Shown here in pieces: positions 1 to 8,667 of a DNA stretch of 20,000 nucleotides (the stretch's first letter is position 1; the number at the start of each line of letters is the position of its first letter). The stretch is from an uncultured virus (IMG/VR IMGVR_UViG_3300029305_005079) (lineage: Duplodnaviria; Heunggongvirae; Uroviricota; Caudoviricetes), in IMG/VR virus record IMGVR_UViG_3300029305_005079; one strand, 5' to 3'. The position numbers were made by a program, and so were the translations under genes. The notes beneath the pieces are model-generated. The model made no database searches. It worked only from the letters and a program-made list of their open reading frames with translations, and was not told the origin of the DNA.

Positions 1-50
1 AGAAAAGAAAAGTTTCTTTAAGAGACTATTTTCCAAATCTTCAAAATAAG

Positions 51-92
51 TATATATTATATTCTAGAATAGGTGTCCGCCTATTCTAGAAT
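51..92 (+). promoter_or_regulatory. Putative phage early promoter (TATATTAT) followed by a 13-bp hairpin
   Basis: TATATATTATA-N5-GAATAGG at 51..73, repeated with identical spacing at 4505..4527. Inverted repeat ATTCTAGAATAGG/CCTATTCTAGAAT at 61..92. Resembles the phiKZ early motif TATATTAC. Confidence 0.55.
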
Positions 93-116
93 TTTTATTT
101 CAAAGGAGACAAAACT

Positions 117-938
117 ATGAAAGAACAACACAAGACGTTCAAAACAAGATTTGGCGAATATCTCGTCTTTTATTGGTTTGAGCAGAAACTCGAAGATCAC
201 ATGAGATTTATATGTGATGACACGTTTGGTCTGATGAAAAACGCAGGCTGTAAACAATATAATTCGATTATTGTAATCGAGCATATTAAACCCCTTTCTA
301 AAACATTCTTTAGAAAGTTTAAAAATGAGCTTAGAGAGCAAGTGTTCGAAGAAACCAAGAGAGCCCTTAAAGCATTCTCTATTTTTCATGATGGTAAGCC
401 TATTGTAATGCAAGTATACCCCGATAAAGATCTCGATAGTGAAATATCTTGCGATATCAATATCGACGGTATAGATAAAGATACGTATCGTATTACTTCT
501 TCTGGACAAATCTACTTCAAAAACTGGTTTGAAGATGAGCATCCTTTGGAACAGATCCTAACCTCTAAAGGTTACTGCGTTCAATTAAGAAAAGAAGATG
601 GATCAGAAGCATGGTTTAATGTAGCATCAATTTTCAATCAACTATTTAAGCCCGAATTACTCGATACCGAAATTGAAAGATATTTCGATACGGAAATCGA
701 ACGGCTTGCTAAGCAATATAATGAACTCGGATTCCTAGATTTGCAAGAGTATAGCTTATTCGAATATTCTCATGCGCTAATCTACGGAAATGAAGTTGGT
801 CATGCTATTTATAATAGAGCTTTAGAGGTAACAGCTAAAGATAGAGATATTATAAATAATGGCCGTATAGTTGAAAATCAAGTTTGGGAGGACGATAATA
901 ATGAATCTCGCAATGACAATAGATCTGAAGAAGACTAA
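117..938 (+). CDS. Hypothetical phage protein (273 aa)
   Basis: Long ORF with AAAGGAG RBS upstream; no recognisable motif. Confidence 0.8.
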   Translation: MKEQHKTFKTRFGEYLVFYWFEQKLEDHMRFICDDTFGLMKNAGCKQYNSIIVIEHIKPLSKTFFRKFKNELREQVFEETKRALKAFSIFHDGKPIVMQVYPDKDLDSEISCDINIDGIDKDTYRITSSGQIYFKNWFEDEHPLEQILTSKGYCVQLRKEDGSEAWFNVASIFNQLFKPELLDTEIERYFDTEIERLAKQYNELGFLDLQEYSLFEYSHALIYGNEVGHAIYNRALEVTAKDRDIINNGRIVENQVWEDDNNESRNDNRSEED

Positions 939-1200
939 TCGTTTTATCGGTCCTAGGCCCGTTATGGAGAAAATCTCTAGAAATCTTGTATTTATAAATA
1001 TAAAAGATACTAGAGAGGCTTATCATGTAATTTGTGATATATATCTTGCAACCGGCAAATATGTAGGATTTGATGTTGTAAGCTGTAATATCATGAACGA
1101 AACCGATGCCTACAATGCATCGGTTATAATCACTAAAAACGAAAAAGGAGAATTCAAGAAATGGGTAAGCACTACAATGACTTGTCGCGCCGAGCATTGA
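901..1200 (+). CDS. Hypothetical protein (~99 aa)
   Basis: GGAGG shortly upstream of the in-frame ATG at 901; part of an overlapping operon. Confidence 0.65.
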   Translation: MNLAMTIDLKKTNRFIGPRPVMEKISRNLVFINIKDTREAYHVICDIYLATGKYVGFDVVSCNIMNETDAYNASVIITKNEKGEFKKWVSTTMTCRAEH

Positions 1201-1454
1201 TCAAGCTCGGTAACGACTTCGACCAAGAACACGATGCTGAACTTCTTCAGTATCTTACGGAGCATGGAGATGAATATGAGAATATTCGTCCCGTAGAAAA
1301 AGTAATAGAAAAAGCAGACCATCTTAAAGAAGTAGCTGGAGTTTCAACTAGCGTTGTTAAGAAGGTCCTTGCTAATGAAGCAGATAGAATGATCGATGCC
1401 GTTATCGATTCTTTAACTGATACAGCGGATGCATTGCTTAAAGGAGGAAAATAA
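1161..1454 (+). CDS. Hypothetical protein (97 aa)
   Basis: AAAGGAG RBS upstream; predicted helical, charged sequence. Confidence 0.7.
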   Translation: MGKHYNDLSRRALIKLGNDFDQEHDAELLQYLTEHGDEYENIRPVEKVIEKADHLKEVAGVSTSVVKKVLANEADRMIDAVIDSLTDTADALLKGGK

Positions 1455-1455
1455 T

Positions 1456-1962
1456 ATGAAAAAGAAAGTTATCTTAAGAGTTTATGATATTAAGAAAGAA
1501 ATGACTTCTATTTTTATCGTAGATGAGGAAGAAGCAAATTCTGTAATCCATATGACAAATGAATGTCCAGTTAAGATATATCTTTCATCCAAGATGGATA
1601 CAGAACCTATTAAGCTGAAGAATAATGCTGAAATTAGCGATTATGCTAAATACTTTGATATTCTGGAAGTATTTGAATGCTGTAAAAATATTAATCCAGA
1701 ATGTATTCATTTTCTTGCAGAAGAAGCAGCATTTTCAGAAGAATATTGCGAATATATTCTTGATCTCTGCGAAAGACTTTCTCAAGACTCTAAGTATGTC
1801 GAAATTGCTAAAAGAATAGCAGATACTATTCTTGAGGAATCGGTTAATATTATAAAAGCTCATATGGCATGGGTAGAGAAAGCGTATTACAGCTTCCATA
1901 ATAAAAATAAACCAGATACTATAGATATAGATGCTATCGATAATCGACCTGAAGAAGGTTGA
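1456..1962 (+). CDS. Hypothetical protein (~168 aa)
   Basis: AAGGAGG at 1441 before the ATG at 1456, in frame with track ORF 1429..1962. Confidence 0.75.
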   Translation: MKKKVILRVYDIKKEMTSIFIVDEEEANSVIHMTNECPVKIYLSSKMDTEPIKLKNNAEISDYAKYFDILEVFECCKNINPECIHFLAEEAAFSEEYCEYILDLCERLSQDSKYVEIAKRIADTILEESVNIIKAHMAWVEKAYYSFHNKNKPDTIDIDAIDNRPEEG

Positions 1963-1978
1963 TTTTTATGGCATCAAA

Positions 1979-1990
1979 AACATTCTAATA
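1979..1990 (+). promoter_or_regulatory. AACA-N6-TA putative late (non-virion RNAP-type) promoter
   Basis: AACAttctaaTA directly before the RBS of the RNAP gene; one of nine copies in the window. Confidence 0.6.
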
Positions 1991-2007
1991 GGAGGTGTTA
2001 ATAACTT

Positions 2008-2880
2008 ATGGCAAAGATGACAGTAAATACAAGGTACTCGAAGGATGACAACTATGAGTACGAAACTCGTCTTGAACGTATTAATATGGATACAGAACGA
2101 AGAAAAGACGTACTTTCAGGTAACGGCTTTATCGTAAGTTCTCCCAAAGCAATCAAAGACGACATTAAAGACCCGAACGGTATCTATTCAACAAAGTATG
2201 GTCCTGGTCTTCAGGATGCTAATGCTTTTGGTAATAGATATAGATGTAAATGTGGACATACTACGTCAAGATTCTATCATGGTCTTGTATGTGAAGTATG
2301 TGGAGAAAAGGTAGAATTTAAGGATGACAACTTTAGCATGTTTGGCTATATTTGTCTTAAGAATCCTTATTATATCATTCATCCCAACCTATTTATGTCT
2401 CTCGCTTTCTTTATTGGTGAAAAAGATTTTATGGGTATAATCACACCAGATGATAGAAAAGACGAAGATGGTCATGAGATTGAAATTAAAAGACCTAAAG
2501 ACGAACCTTTTAGAGGTATCGGTATGATGGATTTCTATGAAAGATTTGATGAAATCATGGAATACTATTGTGCTAAGAAACCTCAGAAACGTGAATATTA
2601 TGATAATATTATGGAAGACAAGGATAAAGTATTTATCCAATCTATTCCTGTATTTACCATTCACTTAAGACCATTCAGATTAGATGGCGGTGTATTCCAC
2701 TTTGAGGGAACTAATGCTACCTATAATATGATGGCAAACATAGCTGCCAGAATTAATGATGATAAGACGGCTATGAATAGAAAAAAGAAACCTAAAAATC
2801 AGCTACTATTTGATCTTCAGATGAAATATAGAGAGCTCTATGATGAAATCAGAAAGATTATAAGTGGTAAGAAAGGATCT
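2008..2880 (+). CDS. rpoC: Phage multisubunit RNA polymerase beta'-like subunit, N-terminal half, exon 1 (291 codons)
   Basis: beta' N-terminal signatures: DPNGIYSTKYGP, zinc-binding CKCG...CEVCG, FGYICL, IIHP. Ends in ISGKKGS (compare beta' L.GK.GR). The ORF track reads on into the intron to 2967. Confidence 0.9.
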
Positions 2881-3270
2881 AGAGAGTTCTTATGGATCCC
2901 TGTAGCGAAATCTACAGAAAACAACCTCTTGAATTGCTGGAAGGCTAAACTCGAAAGAGCATGCTAATCAGCAGCGAAGTAAGATATATGGCAGGATGGC
3001 GAAATTGGAAAACGCAATCGACGGGCTTATATCTATATGAGCTACACACTCATGATATAAGAATTGATTTACTGGTTCTAATCCAGATCCAAACTGGGGG
3101 TTCGAGCCCCTCTCCTGCCACCATTCTTAAACGTTCAACGACTATCGAAAGACGTCTATTATAGATGAATCTAGTAGAGTAGGAGAAATCCGAAGTGGGA
3201 GGATCCCAAACAAGTAAAGCTGTGGGATAAGATATAGTCTGATCCATAGTGAAAACTATGTGGCTCAATG
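2881..3270 (+). ncRNA. Group I self-splicing intron (probably subgroup IA), 390 nt, no homing endonuclease
   Basis: P1: exon GGAUCU pairs with GGAUCC (2894-2899), giving a U.G pair at the splice site. P10: GUUCUUAU (2886-2893) pairs with exon-2 AUAAGAGC. Core: P GAATTGCTGGAA (2931), Q AATCAGCAG (2966), R GTTCAACGACTAT (3133), S AAGATATAGTCT (3229). P9 CATAGT-GAAA-ACTATG; terminal G at 3270. Removal restores the frame KKGS|IRALFGGR. Confidence 0.93.
2990..3123 (+). tRNA. tRNA-like element (Leu-type D arm, long variable arm, CCA end) with an abnormally elongated anticodon arm, nested in the intron
   Basis: Acceptor GGCAGGA/TCCTGCC + A + CCA; D arm GCG-AAATTGGAAAA-CGC; T arm GGGGG-TTCGAGC-CCCTC; variable hairpin CTGG/CCAG. 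The anticodon arm is a 52-nt extended hairpin (3017..3068). Confidence 0.75.
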
Positions 3271-3900
3271 ATAAGAGCACTTTTCGGGGGACGATATAAC
3301 TTTACAGCAAGATCTGTTATTGCCCCCGGTCCTGATCTTAGGATCGATGAAGTTGCTCTGAGTTATCCGTGTTTGTGCGGATTACTTCAGCAACGAATTA
3401 TTAATATACTTCATAAATCTTATTTTATGAAGTATAATGATGCATATAAGCTTCTTCATGAATCCATGCATCAAGAGAATCCTATCATTAGACAGATAAT
3501 AGAAGGTATTATTAAGTCTACCGATAGAGGAATTCCTGTATTGATTAATAGAAATCCTACAATATCTTATGGTGGTATCTTACAAGTATATTGTAGTAGA
3601 ATTTCTGAAGGATATACAATGCTATTGAATCTGCAGATCCTTGAAGGATTGGCTGCAGACTTTGATGGAGACACCTTAAATATCCTTCTTATTATTAATC
3701 AAGATTTTCAACAAGCTGCAGAGTATGTATTTAATCCTCGTAATTCGATGTATATATCTAAGAATGATGGTATGTTTAATAACTCATATAATCATAAGAG
3801 AGATACAATCATTAATATGAATACATTAGTACAGCTTAGTAGAAGTAAATATAGTGCTGATCAGATTGCAGCTATTAAGGCTGCGCAGGCTACTGTATAA
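3271..3900 (+). CDS. rpoC: Phage RNA polymerase beta'-like subunit, exon 2 (catalytic region); spliced product about 500 aa
   Basis: GGRYNFTARSVI (compare GKRVDYSGRSVI), LINRNPTI, catalytic ADFDGD motif. The protein stops soon after the motif, as in the split beta' of phiKZ/AR9-like phages. Confidence 0.92.
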   Translation: MRALFGGRYNFTARSVIAPGPDLRIDEVALSYPCLCGLLQQRIINILHKSYFMKYNDAYKLLHESMHQENPIIRQIIEGIIKSTDRGIPVLINRNPTISYGGILQVYCSRISEGYTMLLNLQILEGLAADFDGDTLNILLIINQDFQQAAEYVFNPRNSMYISKNDGMFNNSYNHKRDTIINMNTLVQLSRSKYSADQIAAIKAAQATV

Positions 3901-3909
3901 AATAATAAT

Positions 3910-3948
3910 AGACTCGGGTTAGAAATAACCCGAGTCTTAATTTTATTA
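3910..3948 (+). terminator. Hairpin / probable terminator
   Basis: AGACTCGGGTTA-GAAA-TAACCCGAGTCT followed by an AT-rich tail. Confidence 0.65.
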
Positions 3949-3964
3949 AAAGGAGATTTTTATT

Positions 3965-4444
3965 ATGCTTTTACTTAAATTTGTAAATAAGATCGTTAAT
4001 AAACAATCTAGGATGCAAAGAGAAAGCATGACGGATATCTTGATATACAAAGATGTAGATAAACGATATCAAGATATACGCATGGCGTATTTTTCTAATG
4101 GTATTAGATATGTAGCTCATAATGTTGTAAATGACAGAGAATCTTATAATGGAAAAATCAAATTCGAAACCAAGAGAGTTCCTGCTGTTCTTACTATTGA
4201 TAGAGTACATGTGTATCAGGTAGGAAATCGCTATGAATGCAGATATAGAATTTGCGATGGCGATAGAGAAGCTATCTATAATTTCAAAGGCATTCCAAAA
4301 TTTAACGAGAAAGATAATAATATAATTAAATCTATAACTGTAAATAATGGTACAACCGGAGTTTGGATAGTTATAGAAATGACCAATGATAAGCCTAGAT
4401 TAATTATATTCAATCTGGAAAAGACATCTATTATTTCCGAATAA
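3965..4444 (+). CDS. Hypothetical protein (159 aa)
   Basis: AAAGGAG RBS; the ORF ends just before a terminator. Confidence 0.75.
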   Translation: MLLLKFVNKIVNKQSRMQRESMTDILIYKDVDKRYQDIRMAYFSNGIRYVAHNVVNDRESYNGKIKFETKRVPAVLTIDRVHVYQVGNRYECRYRICDGDREAIYNFKGIPKFNEKDNNIIKSITVNNGTTGVWIVIEMTNDKPRLIIFNLEKTSIISE

Positions 4445-4447
4445 TAT

Positions 4448-4483
4448 AAAGAAAGGCGATGATCATCGCCTTTCTTTTTTTTT
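4448..4483 (+). terminator. Rho-independent terminator
   Basis: Palindrome AAAGAAAGGCGATGATCATCGCCTTTCTTT running into a T tract. Confidence 0.8.
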
Positions 4484-4504
4484 GTAATCGTAGATATATT
4501 TGAT

Positions 4505-4548
4505 TATATATTATAGCCTTGAATAGGAAGTTCACAGGTCCTATTTAA
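4505..4548 (+). promoter_or_regulatory. Putative phage early promoter (TATATTAT) plus 5' hairpin
   Basis: TATATATTATA-gcctt-GAATAGG, the same pattern as 51..73; hairpin TTGAATAGGA/TCCTATTTAA. Confidence 0.55.
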
Positions 4549-4581
4549 AATCAGACAAAAATTTAAAGGAGGATGTTTAAT

Positions 4582-4830
4582 ATGGAAAGATGTATTAAAC
4601 TCGAAACAACGAAAACCCTTAATGTGAAAATCCCTAAAAAATGGGAGAAAACAAAAGACGGAAAGTATAGAGCTGCTATCCGTTATCGTGAAAGTATGGG
4701 GCGAATAGACCCATGGTCAATACCGGAATGCGTAAGTCTTATTCAAACATTCAAGACAATGTTTGTTATGATAGCAGATGAGCATCCTGTTATTAATGAC
4801 GGAGATTGTTTAATCTTTATGCAATCTTAA
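4582..4830 (+). CDS. Hypothetical protein (~82 aa)
   Basis: AAAGGAGG before the in-frame ATG at 4582. Confidence 0.7.
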   Translation: MERCIKLETTKTLNVKIPKKWEKTKDGKYRAAIRYRESMGRIDPWSIPECVSLIQTFKTMFVMIADEHPVINDGDCLIFMQS

Positions 4831-4864
4831 ACTTACCTATAAAGAAAGATGAGGTAATATAGCT

Positions 4865-5101
4865 ATGGCAAAGAAACCGAAAAGCATCATAGGGTGTCAT
4901 GTAAAATATTTTGACTATCTGGATGCTGAACATTTTGGCACTATAGTAGCAGTAGAGCCATATCCAATGGATCCGGAACAGGTTTATGTGTATATTGAAG
5001 ATGAAGAGTCCGAATTTAATATACATGAAGATGAAGTAAACGGACAAATGGTAAAGTATGCTGAAGTGAGACCAAGCACTGAAGTATATATCGACGACTA
5101 A
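4865..5101 (+). CDS. Hypothetical small acidic protein (78 aa)
   Basis: GAGGT RBS; operon context. Confidence 0.75.
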   Translation: MAKKPKSIIGCHVKYFDYLDAEHFGTIVAVEPYPMDPEQVYVYIEDEESEFNIHEDEVNGQMVKYAEVRPSTEVYIDD

Positions 5102-5123
5102 AAAGAAAGGAAATAAAACCATC

Positions 5124-5714
5124 ATGAAAGAGTATGTTTCTAGCAAAATAATTATAGCAGGATTTCCTGGAGTAGGAAAGTCCGAAGCAGCAAAAATTAT
5201 TCCAGGTGTAGTTATGGACGTCGAAAGTTCAGAATGGCACTGGAATGAGGATAAGACATTAAATCCTCTTTGGCCCGATAACTATCTTGACTACGTTAAG
5301 ATACTTCTTGAGACCGATGGGCTTAAGAATTATAGAGATCTTCTCTATATTTGTATTAGCACACACAATCAGACTTTGGAGAAATTGCGCAAGCTTCAGA
5401 TCCCGTTCATTATCGCTGTACCAGAAGACAAAGAAGAGACTATTGCTCGCTATAAAGCGAGAGGAAATTCTGAAGCTTTTGTTAAGCAGCTTGAAGAGAA
5501 TTGGGAAACTTGGATTGAGGATTTCAAGAAGTATGAGATGCCTATCATTACAGTTCCGAAAGGCCATTATCTCTCAGAGCTTCTCGATAAGCCTTCATAT
5601 TACGATCTTCTCAAATCTAAGATCGATGAAGTTTGTCAATATGTATTAAGCGTCGAAGATGAATATAATCCTATAGATGAATTCTTTGATGGTCTTCTTG
5701 GCGACAAGAAGTGA
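5124..5714 (+). CDS. P-loop NTPase / nucleotide-kinase-like phage protein
   Basis: N-terminal Walker A motif IIAGFPGVGKS, then DVESS, and RYKARGN; size is typical of NMP-kinase-like folds. Confidence 0.7.
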   Translation: MKEYVSSKIIIAGFPGVGKSEAAKIIPGVVMDVESSEWHWNEDKTLNPLWPDNYLDYVKILLETDGLKNYRDLLYICISTHNQTLEKLRKLQIPFIIAVPEDKEETIARYKARGNSEAFVKQLEENWETWIEDFKKYEMPIITVPKGHYLSELLDKPSYYDLLKSKIDEVCQYVLSVEDEYNPIDEFFDGLLGDKK

Positions 5715-5730
5715 TACATATAAAAATATT

Positions 5731-5763
5731 AAAGAAGAGTCCCGTGGGACTCTTCTTTTTTTT
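5731..5763 (+). terminator. Rho-independent terminator
   Basis: AAGAAGAGTCCC/GGGACTCTTCTT stem followed by a T tract. Confidence 0.8.
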
Positions 5764-5780
5764 GTATAATAACCATCTTG

Positions 5781-5792
5781 AACATTACAATA
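5781..5792 (+). promoter_or_regulatory. AACA-N6-TA putative late promoter
   Basis: AACAttacaaTA just upstream of the AGGAGG RBS. Confidence 0.6.
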
Positions 5793-5810
5793 AATTAGGA
5801 GGTGTTTAAT

Positions 5811-7133
5811 ATGGATATGAAAAATATGACTCCTATTTCTATAGATGAACTTCAAGCTCGACATTCTAAGACTCTCTATAGAAGTATTTGTGTTCCGAGT
5901 ACAACTCAGTCATACTCGCTTTGTATTGAATATATTAAAAAATGGTTTTTATCCAAATTCCCTGCTGATACGTTTCCTAGTATTTATGTAGAAGGAAAAA
6001 ATATATATGATGATTTCAGATCTTTAACAAGAAGTGAGCTTCTTAAAAGAAAGAAGCCCGCGCTTACCATCACCCCTTCGATTGATTGGGGGTTTACGAA
6101 TGAGAATCTAGATACATATCCTTATGGAATGGACCTGTATACTCAAACAGGAAGATTCAAAAATTCATTCTTTTCTTGTGTCGATACCAACTCCTATATG
6201 GGTATTGGTATGCAAACGATGTTAATGAACTTCAATTTCCGAATTAAGCTCGAAACTAGATCTCAACAGCTTGATATGTATAATTTTATTAAGCTTGCTT
6301 GTAGAATTGGTTTTACTTGTGGAGAAGATGTAGATCTTGATTTCCATATCCCATATTCACTTATGGTTCAGTTGGCAAAAGATAACGGTTTTGAAACCGT
6401 TATTAGATCTGAACAGGATAACCAAGAAGGGGAGATAATTAAAAATATTCCAGAATTCCTTCATTGGTTAAATCTTCATAGTACATTACCATTCTTGTAT
6501 AAGCATAGAACTTTGAACGGTAAAAATGAGTTCTTCCTTAGAATGAGAGATATGTATGTACATGTAAGACCAAGTGACCTTTCTGCAGATGATGGAGAAA
6601 GAGATGGTCAACTTTTAGGAAATTATACTCTAGAGTTTTCTGCCGAGGTTAGATTCCCAGCTCCTAAAATGTATGCTTACTATTCAAATAATGCACATAA
6701 GCTTCATGTTGTATATGGAGCATGGTATCAACCTTATGGTCCTGTAAGTTCTTGCTATACATTTAAAGGTACACCTATTCCTGATAAAAATGAATATGGA
6801 TGGCCTTTGTTTATGTATACTACTTACGAAAGCGATGAAGAAGATCTTAATAAACCGCTTCATATTGATTTCTCAGAACTATTAGAAGGAGATGTTGGAG
6901 CTTGTATTAAAGATTGTTTATCAAAAGGTATATCTCCATCAATTTTCTGTAATATGACTTTCTATAATGGAGCAGAATATATTTATGGAAAATTAGATTG
7001 GAATACTCTCACATTCGATAGTGATATGATTATTAGGCATTCGGGCACATTTATCGGTATTTATATCGATAATGACTTTGTTACTAATTTTATTACTAGA
7101 GATGTGACAGAAAGACTCGAAAAGTCAAAATAA
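5811..7133 (+). CDS. Hypothetical protein, possibly a virion structural protein (~440 aa)
   Basis: AGGAGG at 5797-5802 before the ATG at 5811. It has its own late-type promoter; the structural role is inference only. Confidence 0.75.
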   Translation: MDMKNMTPISIDELQARHSKTLYRSICVPSTTQSYSLCIEYIKKWFLSKFPADTFPSIYVEGKNIYDDFRSLTRSELLKRKKPALTITPSIDWGFTNENLDTYPYGMDLYTQTGRFKNSFFSCVDTNSYMGIGMQTMLMNFNFRIKLETRSQQLDMYNFIKLACRIGFTCGEDVDLDFHIPYSLMVQLAKDNGFETVIRSEQDNQEGEIIKNIPEFLHWLNLHSTLPFLYKHRTLNGKNEFFLRMRDMYVHVRPSDLSADDGERDGQLLGNYTLEFSAEVRFPAPKMYAYYSNNAHKLHVVYGAWYQPYGPVSSCYTFKGTPIPDKNEYGWPLFMYTTYESDEEDLNKPLHIDFSELLEGDVGACIKDCLSKGISPSIFCNMTFYNGAEYIYGKLDWNTLTFDSDMIIRHSGTFIGIYIDNDFVTNFITRDVTERLEKSK

Positions 7134-7181
7134 AAAAAAAGAGTTAAGGGAAGAGATTACTCTCTTCCCTTTATTTTTTTT
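7134..7181. terminator. Bidirectional terminator between convergent genes
   Basis: AAGGGAAGAG/CTCTTCCCTT stem flanked by an A tract and a T tract. Confidence 0.75.
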
Positions 7182-7629
7182 ACTTACGAACTGCAGCAGC
7201 TGCCACTACCTCATCAGGATAGAGGTTGCTGTGTTCTGCAATAAGGAACGCATCGATAACGGAGAAGATATCGATAGAGTTCTTATGAAGGATGTCGGTA
7301 ACGATTTCAGCAAGCTTATTAGAGTCAACAATATTAAGAATAGCACCATCGATACCAAAAGATGCATAATTCTTTTTAATAGTATCGAGTGCACGAGCAA
7401 TAATTTCTTTCTCGTATTCCTCTCTGGAAGCGAACTGATTCTGATCGACACGAACAAGGATTACAACATCCTTGAGTACAGCTACAATCTTATCACCGTA
7501 GCTGTCGATAAAATCGGTAAGATTAAATTTCTTTCCGGTAGATTTGTAGTGCTTGTAAATCTTAACACCGCCTACGGCAGCGATTGCGATAACAAGAAGA
7601 CCAACACAAATTCCGATAAACCAATCCAT
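7180..7629 (-). CDS. Single N-terminal TM membrane protein (possibly holin-like)
   Basis: Hydrophobic N-terminus WFIGICVGLLVIAIAAVGGV followed by basic residues; AAAGGAAGGT RBS; AACA-N6-TA motif at 7655..7666 (-). Confidence 0.7.
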   Translation of the reverse strand: MDWFIGICVGLLVIAIAAVGGVKIYKHYKSTGKKFNLTDFIDSYGDKIVAVLKDVVILVRVDQNQFASREEYEKEIIARALDTIKKNYASFGIDGAILNIVDSNKLAEIVTDILHKNSIDIFSVIDAFLIAEHSNLYPDEVVAAAAVRK

Positions 7630-7671
7630 AATAAATACCTTCCTTTCATAGAATTATTTAAATGTTGATAT

Positions 7672-7711
7672 AAAGAAAAATAAGTAGAAGTTGACAACAA
7701 CTTCTACTTAT
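7672..7711 (-). terminator. Rho-independent terminator (minus strand)
   Basis: 14-bp stem ATAAGTAGAAGTTG/CAACTTCTACTTAT, followed on the minus strand by TTTTCTTT. Confidence 0.7.
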
Positions 7712-7719
7712 CTATTTAA

Positions 7720-8667
7720 TCATTTTCTATACATATAGTGATATGTAAGGATTGGAGCAATTTTTGTATTCATTTTATCAACAACTGCTCTGATCTCCTC
7801 ATTTCTAACACTATCGGTTTCGAAAGTATCAGCCTCTTCAAATTCTACAGCAATAAATCCTGCAATTACATCATTATCATCTTTAACTGCAGAAAGATAA
7901 AGTGCTTTTGTTTTAGAATAGGCTATGAATTCTTCAATAGAGGGATCTTTGGTTGCAGACTTATGCACATCTTCTGCTTTATAACTACCTTTCTTGTAGA
8001 GATCTTCGATAAAGTCTGCAAAAAGGTGTAAAGGCATATCTGTATGAGATTTTCCTCTTAAAGTATTGCTACCCTTATTAGTCCATTCATGAACACACGA
8101 CATCTTAAAGAAAGGAAGTCCGTGCATGGATTTATTTCCATTATGGAATACATAGATAGCAACTCTACTACAATTCAAAGATGTAAGTGTAGACCTTGAA
8201 GCGTCTTTAAAGGCCATGTTTACATCAATGTATGTGCCAACAAGATCTTTGTGAACTTGATTATCGATAGTCTGCTCAGCAGCTATCGATTCTGCTGCTT
8301 GCTGCATTGGTTTCAAAGCTGACTTTACTTCATCGACTATGTCCTTTGTAACGTCCGACTTCTTTCCAAGTTTTGCATCAAGAGCGTTATCTATAAACTT
8401 AGATAAAAGTTCCTCCTCGAGCTTGTCAGAATGATTTTGATGAGTCATAAAATATTGAGTCATCTTTGCATTATTTCTGAGAACGAAAAAAGTTAAAAGT
8501 ATGAATATAACGAAAAATACGGCCATTATGACTACAGCCAGACCATATGCATTAATATCCTTAGCAATAGTATCTACAGCATCTGCTGCTTCCCCAATAT
8601 TTTCTACAGGATCTTTAACTTCTGATGCTGTTGCTGTAAGAGCCAAGAAAGAAAATAAGAAATTCAT
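7720..8667 (-). CDS. Membrane protein with a TM helix and a possible C-terminal GAF-like domain (candidate holin/lysis protein)
   Basis: TM segment YGLAVVIMAVFFVIFILLTFFVL; C-terminal RVAIYVFHNG...IAGFIAVEF pattern reminiscent of a GAF fold. GGAGG at 8678-8682 and the promoter motif at 8694..8705 favour a start at 8667 rather than 8760. Confidence 0.65.
   Translation of the reverse strand: MNFLFSFLALTATASEVKDPVENIGEAADAVDTIAKDINAYGLAVVIMAVFFVIFILLTFFVLRNNAKMTQYFMTHQNHSDKLEEELLSKFIDNALDAKLGKKSDVTKDIVDEVKSALKPMQQAAESIAAEQTIDNQVHKDLVGTYIDVNMAFKDASRSTLTSLNCSRVAIYVFHNGNKSMHGLPFFKMSCVHEWTNKGSNTLRGKSHTDMPLHLFADFIEDLYKKGSYKAEDVHKSATKDPSIEEFIAYSKTKALYLSAVKDDNDVIAGFIAVEFEEADTFETDSVRNEEIRAVVDKMNTKIAPILTYHYMYRK

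Noticed and set aside
2990..3123. A canonical tRNA (Leu or Cys) or a tmRNA
   Set aside because: There is no normal 17-nt anticodon arm, and the distal loop CTACACA lacks purine 37. There is no G3.U70 pair or tag ORF, and it is far too short for tmRNA.
2881..3280. ORFs 2961..3164 (+) and 3050..3280 (-), the 2881..2967 read-through, and the ATG at 3268 as a separate gene start
   Set aside because: They lie in intron core or tRNA-like sequence and have no HNH, GIY-YIG or LAGLIDADG motif. The G of the 3268 ATG is the intron's terminal G, and that ATG has no RBS.
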